Positions 1-10,707 of a stretch of 64,000 nt of DNA are shown in pieces (the first letter of the stretch is position 1; every line of letters begins with the position of its first letter). The translations under genes and the position numbers were made by a program. The DNA comes from a virus (lineage: Duplodnaviria > Caudoviricetes), in IMG/VR virus record IMGVR_UViG_2671180604_000001, positions 10,331-74,330 of that record; one strand, written 5' to 3'. The notes under the pieces were generated by a model. That model ran no database searches and was not told where the DNA came from. It saw only the letters and a program-made list of their open reading frames with translations.

Positions 1-1
1 A

Positions 2-676
2 GTCCTGATAGGGCGAAAACTTGCACTTGCAAGAGAACGCCGTGGAATGCTTCAACATGAAGTCGCAATAGAACTTTTCGGCGTTGAACAAAAGAATCGT
101 ATCTCTGAGATGGAAAATGGCAAAACATTGCCTGATGCAGAACTATTACAAGTCATGTGCAGTATGTACCGTGTGTCAGTTGACTGGGTATTAGGTTTTA
201 CGATTAATCCTGAACTCAATGAAACTGAATCTGTAGCAGGGGTATTGTTCAATAGTGTTGGTGATATTTTGGCTGATAATTTGAATGCAATTACTTCACA
301 GATTTCTTTGTTATGCGCCAAACATATCAACTCATTTCCGAAAGCACTTCAGATACAACTATTAGAGCAATCTAAAGCAGCTGCAAAACAATTTCTCCAA
401 CTTGATCGCAGTCAGCAAGAGAAATTAAAACCGGAGATGATGGATCTAATTCAAACAATTCAAGAGTGTGAAAAGGAACGTGCGGTCCAATTCAATCATA
501 TTGCTAAGGGATTGGAAGATATAACTGAACGAGATGAGGATGAAATTCAAGAGAAAATACTTCAAGACTTAAAGAGTCAGCGTAAATCGCGTTTTACTCA
601 AACGACTTTGAAAGACAAAAAGGGAGATGCGGAAGAACCGCAACTTGATTTCTTATCTGGCACTGGATTGGTTTAA
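2..676 (+). CDS. XRE-family HTH transcriptional regulator (5' end outside the window)
   Basis: Frame is open from base 2: IGRKLALARERRGMLQHEVA...ISEMENGKTLP...YRVSVDWVLG, a typical HTH_3 pattern. Confidence 0.8.
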   Translation, partial: VLIGRKLALARERRGMLQHEVAIELFGVEQKNRISEMENGKTLPDAELLQVMCSMYRVSVDWVLGFTINPELNETESVAGVLFNSVGDILADNLNAITSQISLLCAKHINSFPKALQIQLLEQSKAAAKQFLQLDRSQQEKLKPEMMDLIQTIQECEKERAVQFNHIAKGLEDITERDEDEIQEKILQDLKSQRKSRFTQTTLKDKKGDAEEPQLDFLSGTGLV

Positions 677-678
677 CC

Positions 679-1539
679 ATGGCAGTGCAATCGTATTCTC
701 AAGAAATATGGGATCGACTCAAATTAGTTTATGAGTCATCCCCTAAGATCACCTGGCAAAAACTAGTTGATCAAGTGGGTGAGGAGTTAGGCTGTGAAAT
801 GCCTTCTCCCTCTGTTGTTCGCCGTAAAGCAATCGCTGAAAAGTGGAAAAAGTGCACCAAAAATCTAGTCAAAAAGACTGCGCGTGAACTCAATAATGAA
901 ATTAAAAAATTGACTAGAAAAAAGACTAGTCAAGAAAGTTCACAATCATCTGAAAATAAAGGAGAAAATGATAGTCAAAATAATGTCAAAAATCCGTCAA
1001 ATATTGTCGATATTTGGGGTCAAAAATCCAAGGAAAAAAATGAATTTAGTAAGGCTGATTTAAACCGTCTAACTTCTGCTCAAATCATTCAGAACAATCG
1101 CTATAGGTTAGCTGATTTAGGTCAATTAGCTGGTGACACTATTACCAGCGTGATTCATATCAGAGATGAAGTTTTACAGCTCGATATATCTAATTTGAAT
1201 GCAGAGGATGAAGAAGCTTTAAAAATTATTAATGGTCTTAAATTCAAAATGGGTTTGATCAGTCAGATTGTGGACCTAAATGTTAAGCAAAGTATTACTT
1301 TAGCCAATATCGCTAAATCAGAAGCCTTGTTTTGGGGCTTTGAAATTGAAGAACTCAAAGATCAGTCAGAGGTTCAGTCGAAACGCTCTGCGGTTGTGGC
1401 TGGTGCTGAAGAACGTATGCGGATCGCTAAAGAACAAATGGCCACTGATAAAAAAGCAGCTTTTGCTCGTAAGTTAGCAATGATTGAAGCTGGTGATCCA
1501 GAACCTGATCAAGATGAACAACAAGAGGCTATCGCATGA
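679..1539 (+). CDS. Putative terminase small subunit / HTH DNA-packaging protein
   Basis: N-terminal W..L...YE...S.VRRKA..EKW HTH pattern typical of small terminases, followed by helical region. Confidence 0.5.
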   Translation: MAVQSYSQEIWDRLKLVYESSPKITWQKLVDQVGEELGCEMPSPSVVRRKAIAEKWKKCTKNLVKKTARELNNEIKKLTRKKTSQESSQSSENKGENDSQNNVKNPSNIVDIWGQKSKEKNEFSKADLNRLTSAQIIQNNRYRLADLGQLAGDTITSVIHIRDEVLQLDISNLNAEDEEALKIINGLKFKMGLISQIVDLNVKQSITLANIAKSEALFWGFEIEELKDQSEVQSKRSAVVAGAEERMRIAKEQMATDKKAAFARKLAMIEAGDPEPDQDEQQEAIA

Positions 1540-2204
1540 TTAAAACAAATTTAACTCATAGAGAATTGTGTGAAGTCGGCGCTGCATTATTACGCAAGCC
1601 AGAGTCTGCAAATGGTCATGGATGCCATTTTTCAATTGTAGAGCCTTCATGTTATGGAGAAAATCCCGATGTGTTCGGTGTTCGTCACGGTAATGGATAC
1701 GATGTTGGCACAATTTTATTGGAAGCCAAAACAAGCCGATCTGACTTTTTAGCAGATAAGAAAAAACCGCATCGAATTGAACCAACAATCGGCGTTGGAA
1801 AATGGCGCTATTTCATTTGCCCGACAGACTTAATTCAACCTGAAGAATTACCGGAGCGATGGGGATTGATATACGTTTCGAATGGGAAGCGATGCAAATA
1901 TATCAAAGGTGCTATGGCTGTGCCTAAAGTGAAATATGTCAATGAATGGAATCAAAATTCTCAATATTGGCGAAATGGTAAAGCATTAGAACAAAGCTTT
2001 ATCGATTTTGCTTTCAATGATCGAAATGTACAGAACGAGTTCAATTTATTGACGATGGCATTAGCTCGATTAAGAGATCCTGAAAAGATCCTTTACATGC
2101 AACGAAATTTCACCCGCTTAGAAATGGAATGCCAAAGACAAGCCCATGAAATTCGAAAGCTACAGCAAGATGTAAATATCAATAATTGTATAAAACTTAA
2201 ATAA
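1536..2204 (+). CDS. PD-(D/E)XK nuclease-fold protein, MmcB-like
   Basis: PDVFG...LLEAKTSRSDFLAD...RYFICP...ELPERWGL motifs. Confidence 0.7.
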   Translation: MIKTNLTHRELCEVGAALLRKPESANGHGCHFSIVEPSCYGENPDVFGVRHGNGYDVGTILLEAKTSRSDFLADKKKPHRIEPTIGVGKWRYFICPTDLIQPEELPERWGLIYVSNGKRCKYIKGAMAVPKVKYVNEWNQNSQYWRNGKALEQSFIDFAFNDRNVQNEFNLLTMALARLRDPEKILYMQRNFTRLEMECQRQAHEIRKLQQDVNINNCIKLK

Positions 2205-2386
2205 ATTTAAGGAGAAAATCCAAATAAAAAGTACAAAACAACTATTTCTTAAAGATGGTGGAAGTTTAATTTTTAATCAGTAATATTAATCTTTGTACAA
2301 AAATAAAAAATACAAAATAAATGTACATGTTTTAATTTAATTAAAATATAATATTAATAAATGATTTCTTGGTTTGGTTGTATAGT

Positions 2387-3529
2387 ATGGATATTTATGG
2401 TGAATTTTGTAATGTCTTAAGGCTTTGCTTAAATGGGCAACCTGAGGACATTCGTCTGTATTCTGCCAAATTAGTAAGAAAGTATCGTAAAGAAAATCCC
2501 GAATTTGCCGTAGAAATTGAAAAATTACTAAAGGCCACTCCTACAAGGTCTACAATCAATCCAATAGCAAGGGATTCAGGTGCCTTAGATAAAAAAATTA
2601 TAAAAAATGAATCTGAAGGCTTTTCTTTAAGTTCACCTGTAGATCAAGATACCTACTTATCACTTTTATCCAAAATTGAAACTAATGTTTCAGTATTACT
2701 TATGAATTCGAATTTAAAAAAGGAGCTTGATAATTTTATAAAGGAAAGAGAAAAAGCTAATATTTTAAAAGAATTTGATTTAAAGCCTCTTCAGTCAGCA
2801 ATTTTTATTGGCGAACCTGGTTTAGGTAAAACTCTTAGTGCCAAATATTTAGCACAAGAATTAGGTTTACCACTTTATAAGCTTGATTTAGCTACCATAA
2901 TGAGTAGTTATTTAGGCAAATCGGGAATAAATCTTAAAGCAGCATTCCAATTTGCTAAACAAAGTTCTTGTATATTATTTCTAGATGAAATTGATGCTGT
3001 TGCTAAAACACGGAATGATAGTAGTGATATTGGCGAGCTGAAAAGGGTTGTAACAGTAATTCTTCAAGAGCTTGATTCATGGAAATCTGAAAGCATTATT
3101 GTAGCTGCTACTAATCATCCAGAATTAATTGATCATGCAATTTGGCGCAGATTTGATACGGTAATTAAATTTGAACCACCGACAGGAGAAATGCTAAATA
3201 GAGCAATATCATTTTTTTCGAAGGAATCAAAATGCAAAATTGAAAAATATGAACCATTATTATGTGAATTATACAAAGGCAAATCTTTTGCTTATATTGA
3301 ATCTGAACTCGTAAAAATTAGAAAAACTTTGATTCTTAATGAGGATATTGAACAATACCTAGTTGATTATATTGCAAAATTAATTCAAAGTAATACTATT
3401 GATAAAAATGATCTCAAATTGATTGCCAAAAACTGTATAAAAAGTACAAAGTTGACAATTAATAAGGTATCAATCTTGACGGGATTGCATAGAAACACCT
3501 TAAAAAACTTAACTGAAGGTAGTGAATAA
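2387..3529 (+). CDS. AAA+ ATPase, IetA-like, with C-terminal HTH
   Basis: Walker A GEPGLGKT, Walker B ILFLDEID, RRFD arginine finger; directly upstream of an S8 protease. Confidence 0.85.
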   Translation: MDIYGEFCNVLRLCLNGQPEDIRLYSAKLVRKYRKENPEFAVEIEKLLKATPTRSTINPIARDSGALDKKIIKNESEGFSLSSPVDQDTYLSLLSKIETNVSVLLMNSNLKKELDNFIKEREKANILKEFDLKPLQSAIFIGEPGLGKTLSAKYLAQELGLPLYKLDLATIMSSYLGKSGINLKAAFQFAKQSSCILFLDEIDAVAKTRNDSSDIGELKRVVTVILQELDSWKSESIIVAATNHPELIDHAIWRRFDTVIKFEPPTGEMLNRAISFFSKESKCKIEKYEPLLCELYKGKSFAYIESELVKIRKTLILNEDIEQYLVDYIAKLIQSNTIDKNDLKLIAKNCIKSTKLTINKVSILTGLHRNTLKNLTEGSE

Positions 3530-3531
3530 TT

Positions 3532-5745
3532 ATGGCTAATTTTTTAATTGGTAGGGGTGAATTAATAACTGAAAAAATGGATCCGCCCAACAAATTTAGA
3601 CGCCCTGGTGATGAGGTTTATACCTTTTCAGCAGTTAAGAATAGAATTCTACCGAAGTTAGTAAAGATATCTGAAGGGATGGTTGACAGAAACTCTAGGG
3701 AGTTGCCGGGTAATCTGGATGTAATTAGAGTTGTTATGAATCCTAGTTACACTGCACGTTCGAACTTTCCTACAAGGTTTTTAAAAGAGGCCGGACTAAA
3801 CCCTATTGGAAGTAAAAATACAAGAATAAAGCCTGAAAAGTGGTCTAAAAAAAAACCTGTTGAAGAAACACTAACTACAGAAATTTTTGTATCTGGAACT
3901 AAAGATGTTCTTATTGAGTTGCCGAATTTTATTAAAAGCTTGGATGAAAATTCAAAAGTAGCTAAAGAATTTATTCATATAGAAGAAATTTCTGAAATTC
4001 TTCCAGAGGATAAAATCAAAAAAGGCGTTTTAGATAATCCTAAAGTAATGTTTTTTGAAATTGGACTTCATATCGATGATGACAAAGATCTCATTTATAA
4101 AAAGTTTAAAGAATTAGTAAATGAGTTGCAGGGTACTGTATATGATGATTGTGCTATCTATACAGGGTCATTATGTTTTGTGCCAATAAAAATTGATAAT
4201 AAAAAAATTCTAGATATTGCAAAATTTTCAATGGTAAGACTAATTAGGAATGTTTCATATTTAAGAGAGTTACAGCCCATTAGAAATATCACTTCAATTG
4301 GGGTGAAATGCGAATTACCCGAATTACCACCTTTATCAACTAAGCCAAAAGTTGCTATCCTTGATGGAGGAATACCACATAATCATATTTTAGAAAATTG
4401 GTTAACTAAAGTGCATTTAGGAGATGAGGAAGCGAATGATATTGCTGAGCTTAATCAACATGGTTTGGGGGTAACTTCAGCATTTTTATTTGGATCGCTA
4501 TTACCTAGAACAACCGCTTTACAACCATATTCGTATGTTCATCATATAAGAGTGTTAGATGATAAAACCGCTACAGATGATCCATTTGAGTTATATAGAA
4601 CATTAAAATTAATTCAGGATGTTTTGGTATCTAAAGCTTATGAGTTTATTAATTTAAGTCTAGGACCAAATCTGTGTGTAAGCGATGATGATGTTCATCC
4701 ATGGTCATCTGTAATTGATCAAGAATTAAGTGATGGTAAAACATTATTAACTGTTGCTGCTGGAAATAATGGGGAGTTAGATCCTAACTCAGGTAACAAT
4801 AGAATCCAAATACCTTCTGATTCTGTTAATTCGCTTGTTGTAGGTGCTTCAAATAGCAATAAGCCAAATTGGGAAAAAGCATGTTACAGTGCTGTAGGTC
4901 CTGGTCGCGTACCTGGAAGAGTAAAACCAGATGTAGTAGCTTTCGGAGGGGATGTTGATGAGTATTTTCACGTATTATCACCCGACAGCTCCTCAACGAT
5001 TGCTCCTACATGTGGAACTAGTTTCGCTGCACCTTTAGTACTTCGTCAAGCAGTTGGAATTAGATCAATTCTTGGGGAAGAAATTACACCAATAGCATTA
5101 AAGGCTCTACTAATTCATACCGCTAACACAAATGGACATAATCAAGATTTAGTTGGTTGGGGTAAGATTGAAAATAACATTTCAAAAATTATTCAATGTG
5201 AAGATGGTGAAGCACGGATTTTATATCAAGGTTATTTAGAACCAGGAAAGTATCTTAAAGCAAATATTCCATTACCAGAAACTGTAAAGGACGGAATTGT
5301 AGAAATTACAGCTTCTCTTTGTTTTGCTTGTGATGTAGATTCAGAACATTCATCAGCTTATACTCAATCAGGCTTAGAAATCACTTTTAGACCACACACA
5401 GACAAATTCAATAAAGCCGGCACGGCAATTGAAACAGCTCCATTTTTTAGTAATGGAGGTGCAAGCAATGAGCTTGAACGAAGACTCAAAGAGCACAAAT
5501 GGGAAACCGTTTTGCATAAAAAGAAAAACAAACAAGCAAGTTCGCTTAAGAATCCATTTTTTGAGATTCATCATATAGCTAGAGAGAATGCAACTTTACC
5601 TAAAAAACCTAAAGCAATTCCTTATGCTATGGTAATAACTGTTAAGTCTAGGAAAAACATGAATTTATACAATGATATTCTACAAACATATGTTAATAGA
5701 TTGTCACCATTAAAACCGAAAGTTGATATATCGATCAATTTATAA
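3532..5745 (+). CDS. S8 subtilisin-like serine protease, IetS-like
   Basis: Catalytic motifs AILDGG, HGLGV, AAGN, GTSFAAP; no signal peptide. Confidence 0.88.
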   Translation: MANFLIGRGELITEKMDPPNKFRRPGDEVYTFSAVKNRILPKLVKISEGMVDRNSRELPGNLDVIRVVMNPSYTARSNFPTRFLKEAGLNPIGSKNTRIKPEKWSKKKPVEETLTTEIFVSGTKDVLIELPNFIKSLDENSKVAKEFIHIEEISEILPEDKIKKGVLDNPKVMFFEIGLHIDDDKDLIYKKFKELVNELQGTVYDDCAIYTGSLCFVPIKIDNKKILDIAKFSMVRLIRNVSYLRELQPIRNITSIGVKCELPELPPLSTKPKVAILDGGIPHNHILENWLTKVHLGDEEANDIAELNQHGLGVTSAFLFGSLLPRTTALQPYSYVHHIRVLDDKTATDDPFELYRTLKLIQDVLVSKAYEFINLSLGPNLCVSDDDVHPWSSVIDQELSDGKTLLTVAAGNNGELDPNSGNNRIQIPSDSVNSLVVGASNSNKPNWEKACYSAVGPGRVPGRVKPDVVAFGGDVDEYFHVLSPDSSSTIAPTCGTSFAAPLVLRQAVGIRSILGEEITPIALKALLIHTANTNGHNQDLVGWGKIENNISKIIQCEDGEARILYQGYLEPGKYLKANIPLPETVKDGIVEITASLCFACDVDSEHSSAYTQSGLEITFRPHTDKFNKAGTAIETAPFFSNGGASNELERRLKEHKWETVLHKKKNKQASSLKNPFFEIHHIARENATLPKKPKAIPYAMVITVKSRKNMNLYNDILQTYVNRLSPLKPKVDISINL

Positions 5746-5878
5746 TGAAGAATTTAATTAATTTTAGAGAAGTGTTTGTCAATAAAATATTCTAACTTTA
5801 TTAAATTTTCAAAAAGGTAATTTTTAATTTTATTATAAGATATAGACTTATACCAAATTTCGTATATCTTTTCGTTTA

Positions 5879-5907
5879 AAATCACCCAATTTCTATATGG
5901 GTGATTT
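5879..5907. terminator. Hairpin between convergent genes, probable bidirectional terminator
   Basis: AAATCACCCA-N9-TGGGTGATTT. Confidence 0.6.
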
Positions 5908-5922
5908 AAATGAAAAATCTGT

Positions 5923-6834
5923 CTATTTTTCTGATTTTTTTGAAGTAGTAGACTTGTTTTTTTCTGAGCTTTCTAAGTGAGGGTTTTGTATAGTAATTTC
6001 CTTAATATCATAGGTTTTGATATTTCCTGAGCTATCAGTGACTGCACATATGCCTTTAACGCACAATGGTGTTAAAAAATAACTTGCCCCTGATTTATCC
6101 CCTTTAATTTGAACTTGCGGATATTTAATTGCTTTTGGTTTGTCACCATCTTTTTGCTTCAATTTCCCAGTAGAAACTTGGAAGTCAATTCGCGCTTGTT
6201 CTTCACCAGTATTTGCTAAATTTTCAGCTGTCTTGAACACATATAAAAAGAATACAAGGAATAAAATCATACCTAAATAGTGTAAAAGTGCTGAGACTTC
6301 AAATCTATTCGGGCTTTCATCATATTTCAAAGAAGCATCCATATCTATATGAGTCAGTGTCATTTGGTTCTTGTGAAGAAAATCATATGAACCTGCGTAT
6401 ATCCACTTAAAGGAACCTATAATAAAATTTATTCCTTTTTTGGGTGGATTTACAATTTTCTCAACTTTTTGAAAATCAATTTCTTCTTTGAAAAATTCAT
6501 AAATATTAATGATTAAGAACTTTAGTAGTACAAATACGGGGCGTACTGAAACAATTATTAAAGCTGTAAATATGTTAAGAAAGTAAAACCATTGACGGAG
6601 TGTTATTTTGGATATTAATGAAAAAATAATCATTAAAATAATGACATAAACGAAAACCTCAAATCCTCTTAACAAACCCTCCATAAGCATTAGAGATATT
6701 GGGAAATCAAAGGCATTTAATTTATAGTTAAAATAATAAGCATAGCCGTAGTTGTACCAGTAACCACACCAGAACAGAAGAATAGTAAAAACAGATGTTA
6801 TAAATGCCCAGTCAAAACGGATGTTTATTTTCAT
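5923..6834 (-). CDS. Hypothetical membrane protein (moron)
   Basis: 303-aa ORF with about 4 hydrophobic segments; AT-rich; opposite strand to neighbours. Confidence 0.7.
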   Translation of the reverse strand: MKINIRFDWAFITSVFTILLFWCGYWYNYGYAYYFNYKLNAFDFPISLMLMEGLLRGFEVFVYVIILMIIFSLISKITLRQWFYFLNIFTALIIVSVRPVFVLLKFLIINIYEFFKEEIDFQKVEKIVNPPKKGINFIIGSFKWIYAGSYDFLHKNQMTLTHIDMDASLKYDESPNRFEVSALLHYLGMILFLVFFLYVFKTAENLANTGEEQARIDFQVSTGKLKQKDGDKPKAIKYPQVQIKGDKSGASYFLTPLCVKGICAVTDSSGNIKTYDIKEITIQNPHLESSEKNKSTTSKKSEK

Positions 6835-6902
6835 TTTGGACCCTTCTAATAATTAAAGTTCAATTTAGAAGGTGGGTATTTTAAATACTTAAATTATAAT
6901 TT

Positions 6903-6943
6903 TGGAACTATTCTAAAATTATGTCCTAATTTTATTTGAAAAT
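6903..6943 (+). promoter_or_regulatory. Putative late promoter (TGGAAC box + -10)
   Basis: TGGAAC-N30-AAAAT. Confidence 0.55.
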
Positions 6944-7078
6944 TGTTCTTAAATTTTTATCTTAAAGCTCAAATATGTCTAATTATGCTCAAGATCAGAA
7001 ATTCCTTTATGAGCATATGTGCAACGAAATTTCACTCGTTTAGAAAAGTAAACCCAAATTCAGTGGAGTAGGAATAAA

Positions 7079-7423
7079 ATGCTAGAAAAATTTATTCAAT
7101 ATTGCCATTCAAAACGAGACGGCTTAAGTGATTACTACATCACTCAGACATATAAAAACATGCAAGAGTTGTTATATGTTCAGTTTTTAGAAGCAGAATT
7201 GCAGACTCAATTACAACTAAATGAAAGCTTGGAACAAAAGTTGAGTCAAGATAGTCAAATACTTCACAACATTATTGATATGGAAACCAGAAAAACTCAG
7301 AAATTGCAGAATCGAATCAATCATGTAATGAGTTTATTTGGTTGCCAGCAGGTAGTTAATCCAAACGATATTATTGAAGCTTTATCAGGTGATATAGATC
7401 AATCACTTTATGAGGTAGATTGA
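7079..7423 (+). CDS. Hypothetical phage protein (coiled coil)
   Basis: 114-aa ORF with RBS (TAGGA). Confidence 0.65.
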   Translation: MLEKFIQYCHSKRDGLSDYYITQTYKNMQELLYVQFLEAELQTQLQLNESLEQKLSQDSQILHNIIDMETRKTQKLQNRINHVMSLFGCQQVVNPNDIIEALSGDIDQSLYEVD

Positions 7424-7830
7424 AGATGATTAATGATATGAATCAATTTAGTGTGGGTGAGAAGGTGCTTTATATTGGTTTATGGGGTTCGGATTTTAAC
7501 TTAGTTGATGAAGTGGTAGGTATCGTTTGGGATGGTTTACTTCAGCGAAATAAGTATCTTATTAGAGACTCAGAATCAGGCACTGTAATTCAACAGTATG
7601 GCGATAACTATCGAATTGCTGATGCAGATGAAATTGCCATTGAGCATAGACTACGCTCTAACAATGGTAAGAATATATGTTCAAAAGGCGCACAAGAAAT
7701 TATGAAATCTGAATCCTTTATTGATTATCTACTTCAATGTGAGAAAGTCGTTAAACAGTGGCCTGAATGGAAAGTTAGTAGCTTAAGAGATGCTTTTGAC
7801 ATGAACCCCTTATCTAAAATGAATGGGTAG
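7420..7830 (+). CDS. Hypothetical phage protein
   Basis: 136-aa ORF overlapping the upstream stop; F.VGEKV SH3-like start. Confidence 0.6.
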   Translation: MKMINDMNQFSVGEKVLYIGLWGSDFNLVDEVVGIVWDGLLQRNKYLIRDSESGTVIQQYGDNYRIADADEIAIEHRLRSNNGKNICSKGAQEIMKSESFIDYLLQCEKVVKQWPEWKVSSLRDAFDMNPLSKMNG

Positions 7831-7894
7831 AATGACTTGTCTAATATTATTGATTTGATGTATATTTGATCAATTCAATAATTAGAGATATTTT

Positions 7895-8185
7895 ATGAAA
7901 ACACAAAACATGACATGGGATGCACTGTTGGTTTTAGTGCTTGTACTTGCATTTTCTTTCTCAGTGGTTTGGTCACTTTTTCCCATTTTTATGAAATTTG
8001 TAATGCCAATTTCTGAGATGATGATTTCGATAGCAGCACAGCATCATAGTGATCTTTTATTTGTAATTTTCACATTAATTCATATAGTAGTTGTAATGTC
8101 TTATCTTGTACTTTTACCATTTAAAGTTGCTCAAGCAATTATCGACAAGATTCTTATTTCAAGAACTAAAAATATTACAGCCTAA
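7895..8185 (+). CDS. Small 2-TM membrane protein
   Basis: Two hydrophobic segments. Confidence 0.55.
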   Translation: MKTQNMTWDALLVLVLVLAFSFSVVWSLFPIFMKFVMPISEMMISIAAQHHSDLLFVIFTLIHIVVVMSYLVLLPFKVAQAIIDKILISRTKNITA

Positions 8186-8197
8186 AATAATTTAGGT

Positions 8198-8237
8198 TGG
8201 AACAATCGCTTTTTTCAAATAGCTGTAATGTCAAAAT
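8198..8237 (+). promoter_or_regulatory. Putative late promoter
   Basis: TGGAAC-N29-AAAAT; hairpin 8233-8264 covers the RBS. Confidence 0.7.
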
Positions 8238-8267
8238 CATCCTATGTAAAAATAGGGTGATTTTTTT

Positions 8268-10328
8268 ATGTCTGAATTTAAGAGTGGTCTACAGTACGAC
8301 GAACTTGGTTTTTTAATAGGGCTAAAGCAATCAAGTCGTGACGTATCAAAAATAGATAAGAACGTGGAGCAAATCCGCGATATTTTACTTAGTTTAGGGA
8401 AAGAGATAGAGAGTCAGTACTCAAGAGCTGAGAACGAACCAAGACCAAAATTAAGCGCATTAGAACAAGCACTCATTGATGCCCAGATTAAACCAGCTGA
8501 TTTTTCTGATCTAATCCGTGAACAAGCAAATCCATTGGTTCAATCCTCATTAGCTTTAGATCGAGCTGCTAAATCAATTGAAGACTTGATAGCTGAATCA
8601 AGAAAATCTGACGATAACAATGCTCAACCTAAAGCAAAGCCTAAACGCCGTGCGATTGAAATTAATAGCACTGAAGACGTTATAAGAGAATTTGGTAATA
8701 ACGATCGCCAACGTGATGCAAACGGGCGATATGTTGGTTCTAGTTCCGAACAAACAACTTTGAGTAAAGTTACACAGACTATTGGGACCGCAATTAAGGG
8801 TGTATTACCTTCAAATCCACAGGGTGTTGACCCAACGCTTGACGCTATTAATGAAGTTGCGACTGTACTATCACCAGTGAAGCGAGCAGCTGGATTTATG
8901 CTGCGTCCGCTTACTGGTTGGATGAAGTCGCGAAAACGCAATGAACCATTGCCAAAAGAACAGAGTGACCATAATCGTAAGCTGATCAAAGTACTAGAAA
9001 AGATTGCTGCAAACAATGGAGGTGGATTATTTGGTCTATTGAAAATACTACCATTAGCATTAGCTGGCTTAGGTTCAACTGTGGCTGCTGCTGTTGCTGG
9101 TTTAGGACCAATTTTAGCAACCGCCCTTGCTGGTGCAGTTGGTGCTTATTTGGGTAGTAAAATTCATGATAAGTTAGATGAAACTGAAACTGGGCAAGCC
9201 GTTAATGAATTTATAGGTAATGCAGCAGCTCGAACTCTTGCTTCACTAGGTAATGATGCAGCGAAAGAAGTCGTAGAGGCACATGATAAAGCTGACGATG
9301 CCGAACGTTATAAGTCTAGAAAAGAAAATCCAGCATGGTACTCAAATGATGGCGTATATCGCTTTGCACGTAAACTTGGTGTCCAACGTTACATGAAAGA
9401 AAATACACCTGGTTCGATGCTCTACCAAAAACAATACGGTGGACAGGGTGTTAATGGTAATGAGGTAGCACAGTTTGGAGCTGCTGCAAGTTCAGGAAAA
9501 TTAGTTGGAAACAATACGGCTGAAAAAACTTTGGCTTTAATTCGTAAACATGAAGGTTACAAAGAAAAAGCATATTGGGATGTCAATGCCTATAGAGTTG
9601 GGTATGGAAGTGATACTTTGACTGATAAAAATGGAAAAATTACTTCTGTAAATAAAACTTCGACTACTGATAGGAAAGGTGCTGAAAGAGATTTAGTCCG
9701 CCGATCTAAAATATTTGCTAATGAAGCACGAGAAAAAGTCGGAGCGGAAAATTGGGATAAATTACCCGATGATACAAAGGCAGCCTTAACATCGGTTGCT
9801 TATAACTATGGTTCATTGCCGAAAAAAGTAGTGAAGGCAGTTCAAACAAATGATATCAGTCAAATTTCAGAATCTGTTCGAAGTTTAGAGTCTCACAATG
9901 ATGGGATCAATAAAAATCGTAGAAACGATGAAGCTAATATCATCAAGAACTCAATTATAAGAGAACCCAATAAATATGCAGATTCAAAAGGTAAAAGAAC
10001 AGAATCTCACCCAGAACAAAAAGTAACGCAAATTAGTAATGCTGCTGAACTTTTAAAGCAAAAATCTAAAATGAATCAGCCATTATTAAATTTAAAAACT
10101 CCAGTAACACCAACTGCTACTCGTACAAGTAATTTTGGATCGAGTTATATTCAACCAAAAACTGAAACTACAATCCAGCCTGCAAAAGAGTTTTTAACCT
10201 CACCGAAACCACAGGAAGTAGTTGTTAAGAATCAAAATAATGGTACTATCAATCAAAATGTGAGCAATCGATTGCTTGCTCATGCAATAACTGGCGGCTT
10301 AGGAATGGGGGATAAATGGAACGTTTAA
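8268..10328 (+). CDS. Tape measure / injection protein with lysozyme (GH24-like) domain
   Basis: Helical N-terminus, Gly/Ala-rich hydrophobic middle, IRKHEGY..KAYWD...VGYG and AALTSVAYNYG lysozyme motifs. Confidence 0.75.
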   Translation: MSEFKSGLQYDELGFLIGLKQSSRDVSKIDKNVEQIRDILLSLGKEIESQYSRAENEPRPKLSALEQALIDAQIKPADFSDLIREQANPLVQSSLALDRAAKSIEDLIAESRKSDDNNAQPKAKPKRRAIEINSTEDVIREFGNNDRQRDANGRYVGSSSEQTTLSKVTQTIGTAIKGVLPSNPQGVDPTLDAINEVATVLSPVKRAAGFMLRPLTGWMKSRKRNEPLPKEQSDHNRKLIKVLEKIAANNGGGLFGLLKILPLALAGLGSTVAAAVAGLGPILATALAGAVGAYLGSKIHDKLDETETGQAVNEFIGNAAARTLASLGNDAAKEVVEAHDKADDAERYKSRKENPAWYSNDGVYRFARKLGVQRYMKENTPGSMLYQKQYGGQGVNGNEVAQFGAAASSGKLVGNNTAEKTLALIRKHEGYKEKAYWDVNAYRVGYGSDTLTDKNGKITSVNKTSTTDRKGAERDLVRRSKIFANEAREKVGAENWDKLPDDTKAALTSVAYNYGSLPKKVVKAVQTNDISQISESVRSLESHNDGINKNRRNDEANIIKNSIIREPNKYADSKGKRTESHPEQKVTQISNAAELLKQKSKMNQPLLNLKTPVTPTATRTSNFGSSYIQPKTETTIQPAKEFLTSPKPQEVVVKNQNNGTINQNVSNRLLAHAITGGLGMGDKWNV

Positions 10329-10705
10329 TATTGTGTTTTTTATTCATATTTTTCAGCATTAATGTTCATGCAGATATGGTGGGATGTAAAGGATTATCAA
10401 AACAATCAGATTTGAATAATTGTGCTAATAATTTTTTAGCTAAAACCAATGAAAAGCTTAATAAAGTTTATTCAAATTATTTGTCTGACTTGACACCTGA
10501 TGAGCAATCCAAACTTAAAGAATCTCAAAAAATATGGGGGCAATTTAAAGATAAAGATTGTGCATTTGAATCTTCTCCAGTTAAGAAAGGTTCAATGTAT
10601 CCTTATGTTTTATCTTCGTGTTTAGTAAATCGTAATGAAATAAGAATAGTTGAGCTTGAGAATATGATGTCATGTAAAAACGGGACTGAGCCAAGCTGTA
10701 TATAA
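10316..10705 (+). CDS. lprI: Lysozyme inhibitor LprI family (DUF1311) secreted protein
   Basis: Signal peptide, C....Q.DLN.CA...L...Y...L..SQ..W..F...DC pattern. Confidence 0.8.
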   Translation: MERLILCFLFIFFSINVHADMVGCKGLSKQSDLNNCANNFLAKTNEKLNKVYSNYLSDLTPDEQSKLKESQKIWGQFKDKDCAFESSPVKKGSMYPYVLSSCLVNRNEIRIVELENMMSCKNGTEPSCI

Positions 10706-10707
10706 GT

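Noticed and set aside
6975-7043. 22-codon ORF after the first TGGAAC box
   Set aside because: Too short, no clear RBS, no recognisable features.
10317-10322. TGGAAC at the tape-measure/lprI junction as another promoter
   Set aside because: Explained by Trp-Asn codons; no -10-like element at the conserved distance.
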